DNA from: Methylococcaceae bacterium | Lineage (GTDB): Bacteria > Pseudomonadota > Gammaproteobacteria > Methylococcales > Methylomonadaceae | DNA: 51,005 nucleotides | NCBI GenBank assembly: GCA_900299045.1 | Contig: OMIH01000083.1 | Location: forward strand, 1-51,005 | Direction: 5' to 3' | Shown here: in pieces, positions 43,568-51,005 of the stretch | How positions within the stretch are numbered: the stretch's first letter is position 1 | Layout: every line of letters starts with the position of its first letter | The notes under the pieces: model-generated | Told to the model about the DNA's origin: nothing | Database searches by the model: none | What the model saw: only the letters and a program-made list of their open reading frames with translations | Made by a program: the position numbers and the translations under genes

Positions 43568-44686
43568 ATGAAAAATAGAGCCTACAAATACCGATTTTAC
43601 CCAACTGACGAGCAGGCGAACTTGCTTGCTCAAACATTCGGTTGTGTGCGATTTGTGTATAACTCTATTCTGCGTTGGCGTACTGATTTGTACTACCAAA
43701 GCAAGGAAAAAATCGGCTATCTTCAAGCCAGTGCTAGATTGACTGAATTGAAGAAAATCCCCGAATTTAGTTTTTTGAACGACGTTTCTTGTGTTCCCAC
43801 TCAACAAGTCTTGCGTCACCAACAAGTAGCGTTTAAGAACTTTTTTGAAGGACGCGCAAACTATCCTACATTCAAAAAGAAAAATCGGAAGCAATCTGCC
43901 GAATTCTCTAAAAGCGCGTTCAAATACCTTGATGGCAAAATCTATCTTGCCAAAAGCAAAGAACCGCTTGATATTCACTGGTCGCGTAAACTGCCATGCG
44001 AACCCAGCACTATTAAGGTTTCCAAAGATTATGCAGGACGATACTTTGTGTCGTGTCTGTGCGAATTTGAAAATCAACTTTTGCCAAAAACCGATAAAAC
44101 CATCGGCATTGATGTTGGCATTAAACATTTGTTTGTTACCGATAACGGTCTCAAAATCGACACCCCCCGCCATACGGTCAAATACGAAACGCAACTTGCT
44201 CAAGCACAACGCGACCTGAGCAGAAAAAAAATCGGTTCTGCGAATCGCGCTAAAGCTAGATTGAAAGTCGCCCGTATTCACGCCAAAATCTCCGATTGTC
44301 GATTGGACAACTTGCACAAGTTGACCCGCGAACTGATAAACGAAAACCAAGTGGTTTGCGTAGAATCGTTAAGAGTAAAAAACATGATTAAAAACCCTAC
44401 ATTGAGCAAACATATTGCAGATGCCAGTTGGGGTAAATTTGTCGCACAACTTGAATACAAAGCCGATTGGGTAGGACGAAACTTGGTCAAAATTGACCAG
44501 TTTTTTCTGAGTTCAAAACGGTGTTCTTGTTGTGGACACATTCTTTCACGATTAGATTTGCGTGTGCGAGAATGGATTTGTCCCGAATGCAAAGCAACAC
44601 ACGACCGCGACATTAACGCGGCAAAGAATATAAGAACCGCAGGGCTTGCGGGGATAGCCTTTGGAGAGAATGTAAATCTTCTGTAG
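43568..44686 (+). CDS. tnpB: RNA-guided endonuclease TnpB (IS200/IS605 orfB)
   Basis: N-terminus AYKYRFYPTDEQANLLAQTFGCVRFVYN (OrfB HTH). RuvC-I IGIDVGIKH, RuvC-II VCVESLRVKNM, Zn ribbon CSCCGH...CPECKATHDRDINAAKNI with the RuvC-III Asp. All catalytic positions look intact. Confidence 0.92.
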   Translation: MKNRAYKYRFYPTDEQANLLAQTFGCVRFVYNSILRWRTDLYYQSKEKIGYLQASARLTELKKIPEFSFLNDVSCVPTQQVLRHQQVAFKNFFEGRANYPTFKKKNRKQSAEFSKSAFKYLDGKIYLAKSKEPLDIHWSRKLPCEPSTIKVSKDYAGRYFVSCLCEFENQLLPKTDKTIGIDVGIKHLFVTDNGLKIDTPRHTVKYETQLAQAQRDLSRKKIGSANRAKARLKVARIHAKISDCRLDNLHKLTRELINENQVVCVESLRVKNMIKNPTLSKHIADASWGKFVAQLEYKADWVGRNLVKIDQFFLSSKRCSCCGHILSRLDLRVREWICPECKATHDRDINAAKNIRTAGLAGIAFGENVNLL

Positions 44687-44795
44687 CCAGTCTGCATAAG
44701 TTGTTCTCGTTGAATTAGGAAGCTCTCAATAGTGATGTTGGGAATCCCCGCACCTTTAGGTCGAGGAGGATGTCAAGATATAAATTAAACAGTTT
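44560..44795 (+). ncRNA. putative TnpB omega-RNA (reRNA) spanning the tnpB 3' end, right-end structure and adjacent guide; extent approximate
   Basis: By analogy with characterised TnpB loci, the guide RNA scaffold overlaps the tnpB 3' end and runs to the right end. A structured GC-rich segment (44741..44777) is present right after the stop codon in otherwise AT-rich DNA. No covariance model was run. Confidence 0.4.
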
Positions 44796-44939
44796 TGTGG
44801 TTATCAATTTAGGTTATTCACCTTAACAGAATTACCGGTAAATTTGAATTGAACATAAAAGTAAATTTTTTAACGATTCGCGTTGGTAATTACTCGTTAT
44901 AATAGTCACTATTTTGACGGTTTTTCTATTTTTTGACCT

Positions 44940-45665
44940 ATGACACTTTCTGAACACACACGCTTACATTACCTCAATGCCCTCGGCATTACTGTTTGGC
45001 AGTTGCGCAAAGCGGATACACGCGCCATTTCCCAAGATATACCCTCACTGCCCGTAAGCGCTGAACCGAGTCTTCCAACAAATTCTCATTCATGGGACAC
45101 CTTGCGCACTCAAGTGACGCAGTGTGAGCGGTGCACATTATGTACCACACGCACACAAACAGTATTTGGTGAAGGCAATCTCAACGCAGAATGGTTATTT
45201 ATCGGTGAAGCTCCAGGAAAAGAAGAAGATATGCAAGGTAGACCCTTTGTCGGTGAGGCGGGCAAATTATTAACTGAAATGCTGCGTGCAATGCAATTGA
45301 CGCGCGAAGAAGTGTTCATCGCAAATATTTTAAAATGCCGCCCCCCCCACAATCGTGATCCGCATATCGATGAAATACACGCTTGTCGTGATTATTTATT
45401 TCAACAAATCGCGTTGATTAATCCAAAAATGATTGTAGCGGTTGGTCGCATTTCTGCGCAAACCCTGCTTGAAACTCAGCACACAATGGCAAAATTGCGT
45501 GGGCAAGTGCATCGCTTTCAACATAAACCGTTAATTGCAATTTATCATCCTGCTTATTTACTACGCTCTCCCATTGAAAAGCGTAAAGTATGGCAGGATT
45601 TGCAATTTGCTTTACAGTCGTTTGATGGGTTGGGAAATGAGCTAAAACCTCACAGTAATCACTAG
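44940..45665 (+). CDS. uracil-DNA glycosylase, family 4 (4Fe-4S type)
   Basis: CERCTLC cluster cysteines. Motif A GEGNLNAEWLFIGEAPGKEEDMQGRPFVGEAG. Motif B HPAYLLR. An N-terminal extension of about 55 aa precedes the catalytic domain. Confidence 0.85.
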   Translation: MTLSEHTRLHYLNALGITVWQLRKADTRAISQDIPSLPVSAEPSLPTNSHSWDTLRTQVTQCERCTLCTTRTQTVFGEGNLNAEWLFIGEAPGKEEDMQGRPFVGEAGKLLTEMLRAMQLTREEVFIANILKCRPPHNRDPHIDEIHACRDYLFQQIALINPKMIVAVGRISAQTLLETQHTMAKLRGQVHRFQHKPLIAIYHPAYLLRSPIEKRKVWQDLQFALQSFDGLGNELKPHSNH

Positions 45666-45776
45666 CCAGCGTATTATTTAAATGGTCACGATGAAAACAA
45701 AGAAATACAATTCGTCGTCCACCTTTTTGGTAAAAGCCCTTTTATGTTTACATTCATTCATGAAGACCTTCAAATC

Positions 45777-46500
45777 ATGCCACTAGATATACTACTCACT
45801 ATTCTTGTTACTGCGACCATTCAATCTATTTTTGGCGTGGGAATGCTACTTTTTGGCACGCCTGCCCTTCTACTGCTTGGATATAGCTTTGTTGATGCAC
45901 TCGGTATTGTGCTACCTATTTCTGTTGCAATCAGTTTATTGCAAGTGGTCAAGCACGTTGAGTATATTGATCGTGATTTTTTCAAAAATGTACTGCGCTA
46001 CTGCGTTCCCTTTATCGTACTTTGTTTAGCATTGATCACGTCTGTCAAAATCAATGTTGGCTTTATCATGGGACTATTTTTACTGCTGGTGGCACTCAAA
46101 AGTTTTTTGCCAAAAATGGAAAACGCCCTGCAATCTATCGTGAAATTTGAGCGCTTGTATCTTGCCGTAACAGGATTCATTCGCGGTGTCAGTAATTTAG
46201 GTGGCTCGCTTTTAACGGTCATGATTTACAGCAAAAATTACCCTAAAGATACAACGCGCGTGACCGCTGCCGCTTGTTATGCCGTCTTTGCCGCATTTCA
46301 ACTGCTTACACTGCTTATTATGCACGCCGTTCACCCTTGCCTACAGTACAAAAGCCGCATTAGTACAAGTAGGTATATTGACGTTTTTATTTATTGAAGA
46401 AACGCTCTATGGCAATATCGACAATGACAAATACAACCGTATTTTTGCTATTTTTCTATTTTTAGCCGGTTTAGCCTTAATTGCAAAATCGATGCTTTAA
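45777..46500 (+). pseudogene. TauE/SafE-family (sulfite exporter-like) membrane protein, split by one frameshift
   Basis: A multi-TM protein (TATIQSIFGVGMLLFGTP...) ends prematurely at 46397. The missing last TM segments (AALVQVGILTFLF...IFAIFLFLAGLALIAKSML) continue in the +1 frame to 46500. Removing one A from the A4 run 46350..46353 would join them (…CLQYKAALVQVG…). Confidence 0.6.
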
Positions 46501-46551
46501 AATTCAACCTTAATAACTCTATTCAAATTGATACCAACCCACAATGTAACC

Positions 46552-47094
46552 ATGCGCGACCTATTAGACCGATTAAAAGATTTTGTTATTTATGATGCCG
46601 ATGTGGAATTTTATGCCAAAGTATTTCCTGATTCTATCGGGCGTAAAGAATTAATGCGCCTGCGAAAAATGAATCGTTCAGACTTAGCGCAAGTTGTCGC
46701 TATTGAAAACGCGAGTTATCTGTTTCCGTGGGGTGAAGATATTTTTCGAGATTGCCTCAATATGCGCTACCAAAATTGGGTCTGTGAAATTAACGATGAA
46801 ATACTCGGTTACGGAATCATGAGTATGGCTGTCGGCGAAGCGCATATTTTAAATTTATGCGTTTCACCAAAAGAAAAAAAACAAGGCATCGGGCGAAAAA
46901 TTTTAGAACATTTGATTTCTGTGGCTTACAGCGAAGCCGAAACCATGTTTTTAGAAGTTCGCCCGACCAATATTCACGCCATTTCGCTTTATGAGTCCAT
47001 GGGCTTTAACGAAATTGGGGTACGCCGAAACTATTACCCCGCCGAAAACAACAATCGTGAAGATGCCTTAATGTTTGCGCTAGCGTTGATCTAA
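46552..47094 (+). CDS. rimI: ribosomal-protein-alanine N-acetyltransferase RimI (GNAT)
   Basis: From MRLRKMNRSDLAQVVAIENASYLFPW onward it parallels E. coli RimI, with acetyl-CoA motif QGIGRKILEHL and RRNYYP. The start is uncertain: TTG 46528, ATG 46552 or ATG 46654. ATG 46654 gives the E. coli-like 146 aa. Confidence 0.8.
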   Translation: MRDLLDRLKDFVIYDADVEFYAKVFPDSIGRKELMRLRKMNRSDLAQVVAIENASYLFPWGEDIFRDCLNMRYQNWVCEINDEILGYGIMSMAVGEAHILNLCVSPKEKKQGIGRKILEHLISVAYSEAETMFLEVRPTNIHAISLYESMGFNEIGVRRNYYPAENNNREDALMFALALI

Positions 47095-48885
47095 TAATGG
47101 GCGAGTGAATTGCTCGCCAATAAATAAATCATTACTTACCGTTTTAACCGCCTCAATCCACGCGAGTGAACGCTCGCATTCAGGCGAATAAGGCGGTGCT
47201 TTGCATACGCGAATCTGCCCATCAGCCCATTCATCAAAATGCAATCCCGCGAGTGGTCTAATGCGCTCATTTTCAGGCGGCGTGGTGTAATCCATAATGG
47301 TGGGTTGATGAATATTGAGGAGCCCTAAAATCAATTTTGGCACTTGATAAAGCGGTAAGCGCCCCACCTTTAACGCCCCTTTTTCACCATCAATAATGAG
47401 TAATGGCGTACTAACGTAGGATTTGAACATGGCATCTGAAAAATCACCCCGACTATTTTTGAGTACATCGGATTCGACATAACCCGCAAAATGTTCACCT
47501 AAAAACGGCAGATGATCACCAAATGCGACAATAATGCCATTCGGATCACTTTTTTGTAAATTGTTGAGAAACGCTACAAATTCACGCGATTTGTAGTACG
47601 TCGTATTCGCATAACCGTTAACCTCTTCTACTTGTGAGGTACTGGTAACTTGAGGAGGACGATTTTCATTTAAGGGGTAATCCCAATGCCCAAAATAAGT
47701 CACAATATAATCTAAAATTGGCTCTTTTGAATCGAGTGTACTCGCAATTTTTCCTAGCACTTGCCGATACAGTGAGCTATCACCTAAAAATTCACGATTA
47801 ATATCATCAAGATCAAAATCTTTTTCCGACCAATACGTTTGAAAACCAACACGATGGTACGCATTCACCCGATTCCAAAAAACGGGAACATTCGGATGTG
47901 ATACAACCGTTTTATAGCCTTTATCAGCAAGCAAACGCGGCAAACATGGCACATCATTTAATAATTGACGCTCAAATTTCACCGTGTTTTTTGTCACCGG
48001 AAAACCGCATAGTACCTCAAATTCTGAATTAGCGGTCATGCCCGCAAAAACAGGCACAAGAGCGACAGAATTATCGGCTGTTTTCCATAACTTGCGAAAA
48101 TCATCTGACAGTGGATTTTGACTAAAGTTGACTTTTTTTAGATTGTTCACGTCCCAAAATGATTCAAGTAGCACAATATGTACATTGCGTGGTTTACCAT
48201 TTTCAGTTGATTGTTCTTTGCTAGTCACGGGATTTTGCGCGAGTAATTGCTTTGCCGCGGCGCGAGCCACGTCGACATCGGGCGCTTTATCTGCAACCAA
48301 AAAATAACGTGCTGTTTCAAGCAACGTGTGAATCGTTGCGCCTTGCCACAAATAATTAGAGCGTTGATCCCATTCTTTGGTGCCAATATAAGTATCAATG
48401 GGATACACAATAGAATTGGGTTGATACATCACCGTTAAGAGTAAAACGCCAGCGAATACACCGCCAATGTAATTGTGCAAACGTCGTAATTTAAAATTAA
48501 AAACAAGTAAACTTCCAAGCGCCACCAGCGGCAGTGCAAGCGCAAGGAATTTCCAACCACTCAAAATCAAAAGCAGTGAGCGTAGTGCAAAAATATCGTC
48601 AGGCATCAACGGTCCACCGAAAAAAGCAATTTTAATCGGGTTACCAATGTATAAGACGCCCATAATCAGCGCGTGTAAGATAAAAAATATCCATGCACGA
48701 CGTGAAAGCGAGTACAAAATATACGCAAAAATTAATTGCACTAGTGCATCGAGAGGCACCGATGTCGGCTCAATTTTTACATCAAATTCAAACACACTAA
48801 TGCCATAGTAAAGCGTGTACAGCAGCACTGTTGAGTAAATAGGTAAAAACAGCGCGTGACGATGCAAAAAAGAGTTTTTATTCAT
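47080..48885 (-). CDS. membrane-anchored sulfatase-fold transferase (LtaS / MdoB-OpgB family)
   Basis: Five N-terminal TM helices followed by an alkaline-phosphatase-superfamily domain that begins NVHIVLLESFWD, with GMTANSEFE and FGDHLP blocks. ATG 48885 chosen, which avoids overlap with pqqC. Confidence 0.8.
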   Translation of the reverse strand: MNKNSFLHRHALFLPIYSTVLLYTLYYGISVFEFDVKIEPTSVPLDALVQLIFAYILYSLSRRAWIFFILHALIMGVLYIGNPIKIAFFGGPLMPDDIFALRSLLLILSGWKFLALALPLVALGSLLVFNFKLRRLHNYIGGVFAGVLLLTVMYQPNSIVYPIDTYIGTKEWDQRSNYLWQGATIHTLLETARYFLVADKAPDVDVARAAAKQLLAQNPVTSKEQSTENGKPRNVHIVLLESFWDVNNLKKVNFSQNPLSDDFRKLWKTADNSVALVPVFAGMTANSEFEVLCGFPVTKNTVKFERQLLNDVPCLPRLLADKGYKTVVSHPNVPVFWNRVNAYHRVGFQTYWSEKDFDLDDINREFLGDSSLYRQVLGKIASTLDSKEPILDYIVTYFGHWDYPLNENRPPQVTSTSQVEEVNGYANTTYYKSREFVAFLNNLQKSDPNGIIVAFGDHLPFLGEHFAGYVESDVLKNSRGDFSDAMFKSYVSTPLLIIDGEKGALKVGRLPLYQVPKLILGLLNIHQPTIMDYTTPPENERIRPLAGLHFDEWADGQIRVCKAPPYSPECERSLAWIEAVKTVSNDLFIGEQFTRPLLDQR

Positions 48886-48934
48886 AGTGTTAGAAGTTTT
48901 TTGGAGCGAATCGTGCGACGGTTTATAACGTTTA

Positions 48935-49663
48935 TTATTTTGCAACATTAAAATAAGGTGGCATATTGGCAACATAGGCTAAATACATCGCATCTGCCAT
49001 CGACCATAAAACATCCAATTTGAATTTTAAAATATCCATCATACGGTGTTGCTGCTCGCGTGTTTGATACCAGTCCAGTGTAATGGCTAAACCATGATCT
49101 ACATCACGTCTTGCCTCAGTTAAGCGTTTGCGGAAATAGTTATAACCTTCTTGATCTACCCAAGGATAATGCTGAGGCCAATTATCAAGACGTTGCTGAT
49201 GAATTTTAGGTGCAAAGAGTTCTGTCAACGATGAACTGGCGGCTTCGTGCCATTCTGCACGACGTGCAAAATTGACATACGCATCAACAGCAAACCGCAC
49301 AGCCGGTAAAACGTGTTTTAAAGAAGTAATTTCTTCGCGTGTTAAACCCACGGCAATACCAAGTTGAATCCATGCTTCAATACCACCAACGTCGCCCTCG
49401 TGCCCATCATGATCCAAAATACGTTGCGTCCATTTAGCACGTGTTTCACGATCTGGGCAGTTTGCTAAAATATTGGCATCTTTAATGGGAATACTCACTT
49501 GATAATAAAAGCGATTAGCTACCCAACCTTGTAGTTGCGCTTGCGTTAACTTTCCCTCATTCATTAACGTGTGATAAAGATGATGAATATGATAAAATTT
49601 TTCCATCCCTCGCAATTGCGCTTCAAATTCGTCGCGTGTCCAAGGCGTATTTTCTGTGGTCAT
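48935..49663 (-). CDS. pqqC: pyrroloquinoline-quinone synthase PqqC
   Basis: Long colinear identity to PqqC as I recall it: [100 protein letters not shown]. Confidence 0.9.
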   Translation of the reverse strand: MTTENTPWTRDEFEAQLRGMEKFYHIHHLYHTLMNEGKLTQAQLQGWVANRFYYQVSIPIKDANILANCPDRETRAKWTQRILDHDGHEGDVGGIEAWIQLGIAVGLTREEITSLKHVLPAVRFAVDAYVNFARRAEWHEAASSSLTELFAPKIHQQRLDNWPQHYPWVDQEGYNYFRKRLTEARRDVDHGLAITLDWYQTREQQHRMMDILKFKLDVLWSMADAMYLAYVANMPPYFNVAK

Positions 49664-49782
49664 GTTGATTTCTCGTCATTAAATGATGGGGCAATAAAGT
49701 GCGCTATGCTAAACCAAGCCTGTAAATTGAACAAGATAACACCTAAATTGATTGATTTTAACACGCCTGATGTGCTGTTTTT

Positions 49783-49810
49783 TTGAGTCTGTTGGTTTTA
49801 GGGCTATAAT
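49783..49810 (+). promoter_or_regulatory. candidate sigma70 promoter for ubiE
   Basis: TTGAGT (49783..49788), 16-nt spacer, TATAAT (49805..49810), about 47 nt upstream of the ubiE ATG. Motif match only. Confidence 0.4.
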
Positions 49811-49857
49811 TCTATCCCTTATTTGAAATCTATTATTCGCCATTCAAGGAAATCACT

Positions 49858-50604
49858 ATGACGCAAAACACTACGCATTTTGGCTTTAAAGAAGTCGCCA
49901 CTCAAGATAAAGTCAAATTGGTTCGCGGCGTTTTTGATTCCGTTGCCAAGCGTTACGACATTATGAACGATTTAATGTCCGTAGGCGTGCATCGTATTTG
50001 GAAACGTATTGCCGTGGATTTGAGCCAAGTGCATACGGGATATAGCGTACTCGATTTGGCGGGGGGAACGGGTGATTTAACGGCACGTTTTAGTGCGCGT
50101 GTTGGCGAAAGCGGCCAAGTGGTTTTAGCTGATATTAACGCTGCGATGTTAAATACGGGGCGTGATCGTTTAATTGATCGAGGCTTGACCACCAATATTC
50201 GTTACGCCCAAGTCAATGCAGAATGCTTGCCGTTTGCGGATAATACGTTTGATTGTGTCTGTATTGGATTCGGTTTACGCAATGTGACAGATAAAGCTGC
50301 AGCACTACGTTCTATGCGTCGCGTTTTAAAACCAGGCGGTTGCGTGATTGTTCTTGAGTTTTCACATCCAATCGATCCTATCACCGAAAAAGTGTACGAT
50401 TTTTACTCGTTTAAATTATTACCCAAAATTGGCAAATTCGTTGCCAATGACGAAGACAGTTACCGTTATTTAGCCGAATCTATTCGTATGCACCCAAAGC
50501 AAAACGAATTAAAAACAATGATGCAAGAAGCGGGTCTTGAGCGTTGCGACTATTTCAACATGACACAAGGTATTGTCGCGGTTCATCGCGGCTATAAAAT
50601 TTAA
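49858..50604 (+). CDS. ubiE: ubiquinone/menaquinone biosynthesis C-methyltransferase UbiE
   Basis: THFGFKEV start, YDIMNDLMS, the SAM motif [11 protein letters not shown], and FGLRNV. Confidence 0.95.
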   Translation: MTQNTTHFGFKEVATQDKVKLVRGVFDSVAKRYDIMNDLMSVGVHRIWKRIAVDLSQVHTGYSVLDLAGGTGDLTARFSARVGESGQVVLADINAAMLNTGRDRLIDRGLTTNIRYAQVNAECLPFADNTFDCVCIGFGLRNVTDKAAALRSMRRVLKPGGCVIVLEFSHPIDPITEKVYDFYSFKLLPKIGKFVANDEDSYRYLAESIRMHPKQNELKTMMQEAGLERCDYFNMTQGIVAVHRGYKI

Positions 50605-50605
50605 T

Positions 50606-50824
50606 ATGCTATTGGCAACACTTTTTCAAGCAGGGCAAACGTGGCATAACGAAACGCTTGCGACGCTCAAGCAAAATACGCTCGAATTTCTGCAAGAAGA
50701 AACGCGTGATTTGCCTGCCAGTGCAGAAGTTGAGCTATTTTACGCGCAACTGGCACAGGTCGAGCGTGAGGCGCAACTTTTACATGATAAAATCGAACGC
50801 TTAACAGCGTCATCCAATCAATAA
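50606..50824 (+). CDS. hypothetical small protein (72 aa, predicted helical/coiled-coil C-terminus)
   Basis: ATG 50606 lies 2 nt after the ubiE stop. The C-terminal heptad-like segment is AQLAQVEREAQLLHDKIERL. I recognise no family. It occupies the position where ubiJ sits in E. coli but is much shorter. Confidence 0.45.
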   Translation: MLLATLFQAGQTWHNETLATLKQNTLEFLQEETRDLPASAEVELFYAQLAQVEREAQLLHDKIERLTASSNQ

Positions 50825-50845
50825 AAATAAAAACAGGAAAAGACC

Positions 50846-51005
50846 ATGCTTATCGGACAAATTGAATCCTACGATCATGAAAAACAGATCGGTATTGTAA
50901 AAAGCCAAGACGATTATTTTGAGTTCAATAGCCAGAGTTGGAAATCTGACGTGCCGCCCGATCAAGGCGATGAAGTCACCTTTGAGGTGTATGATGGCAT
51001 GGTCA
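50846..51005 (+). CDS. partial CDS (5' end only), possible cold-shock/OB-like N-terminal domain
   Basis: ATG 50846 follows AGGAAAAG. MLIGQIESYDHEKQIGIVKSQDDYFEFNSQ...GDEVTFEV loosely follows the CSD pattern G-I-x-(Y/F)-x3-K-x-G-(F/I)-I ... F ... G-x-V-F. Truncated by the window end. Confidence 0.4.
   Translation, partial: MLIGQIESYDHEKQIGIVKSQDDYFEFNSQSWKSDVPPDQGDEVTFEVYDGMV

Larger units (their letters stand above)
43439..44777 (+). mobile_element. IS200/IS605-family element carrying only tnpB (IS1341-like, no tnpA); boundaries approximate
   Basis: tnpB is flanked by similar GC-rich imperfect palindromes followed by GAGG: ACCCCGCCGTTCATGGCGGGGAGGTAAG on the left and TCCCCGCACCTTTAGGTCGAGGAGGATG (44745..44772) on the right. 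No Y1 or serine transposase ORF is present. The ends were inferred from structure only. Confidence 0.6.

Noticed and set aside
43430-44350. 306-aa minus-strand ORF antisense to tnpB, ending in TGATG on the PAS gene start
   Set aside because: The product is F/K/V-rich with no motifs. The + strand frame carries all the TnpB catalytic motifs, so this is treated as a shadow ORF. The lack of stops is noted only in the context of read-through into the PAS gene.
44860-44939. TATAAT hexamer (44897..44902) upstream of the UDG gene as a promoter
   Set aside because: There is no acceptable -35 element at 16-18 nt spacing (TTGGTA is only 9 nt away). TATAAT alone is expected by chance in AT-rich DNA.

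Overview
51-kb chromosomal window from an AT-rich (roughly 40% GC by eye) gammaproteobacterium. The taxon cannot be fixed from the sequence alone. It holds about 45 protein genes and one tRNA-Phe, with no rRNA and no CRISPR array. Most of it is housekeeping DNA in classical micro-syntenies: nudJ-mnmA, ileS-lspA, lptE-holA, gcvR-bcp, ligA-rdgB, trpF-trpB-trpA-accD-folC-dedD-like-purF, and ubiE. The parts worth a second look are listed here. (1) An apparent operon links nudJ-mnmA to two tandem paralogous spermidine-synthase-fold proteins and the uncharacterised radical-SAM protein YgiQ. (2) A 1223-aa, extremely acidic, DamX-like protein has two families of near-perfect in-frame tandem repeats (111-nt and 87-nt units), one TM helix and a C-terminal SPOR domain. 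(3) A TonB-dependent receptor locus looks decayed: one copy is collapsed to about 260 bp and the other carries at least two frameshifts. (4) A solo TnpB (IS200/IS605-family orfB) has intact RuvC/Zn-finger motifs, GC-rich end structures and a probable omega-RNA. It is inserted directly against the start of a split Aer-like PAS + poly-HAMP MCP gene pair. (5) A pqqC gene has no other pqq genes nearby. (6) A ferritin-like diiron protein overlaps plsC tail-to-tail. (7) A class-A-PBP-like protein is divergent from the canonical family. I cannot point to a classical defence or toxin system. The candidates above are ranked by how poorly known biology explains them. Three gene disruptions are compatible with single-nucleotide indels, two of them at homopolymers, so sequencing error must be excluded before calling them pseudogenes.
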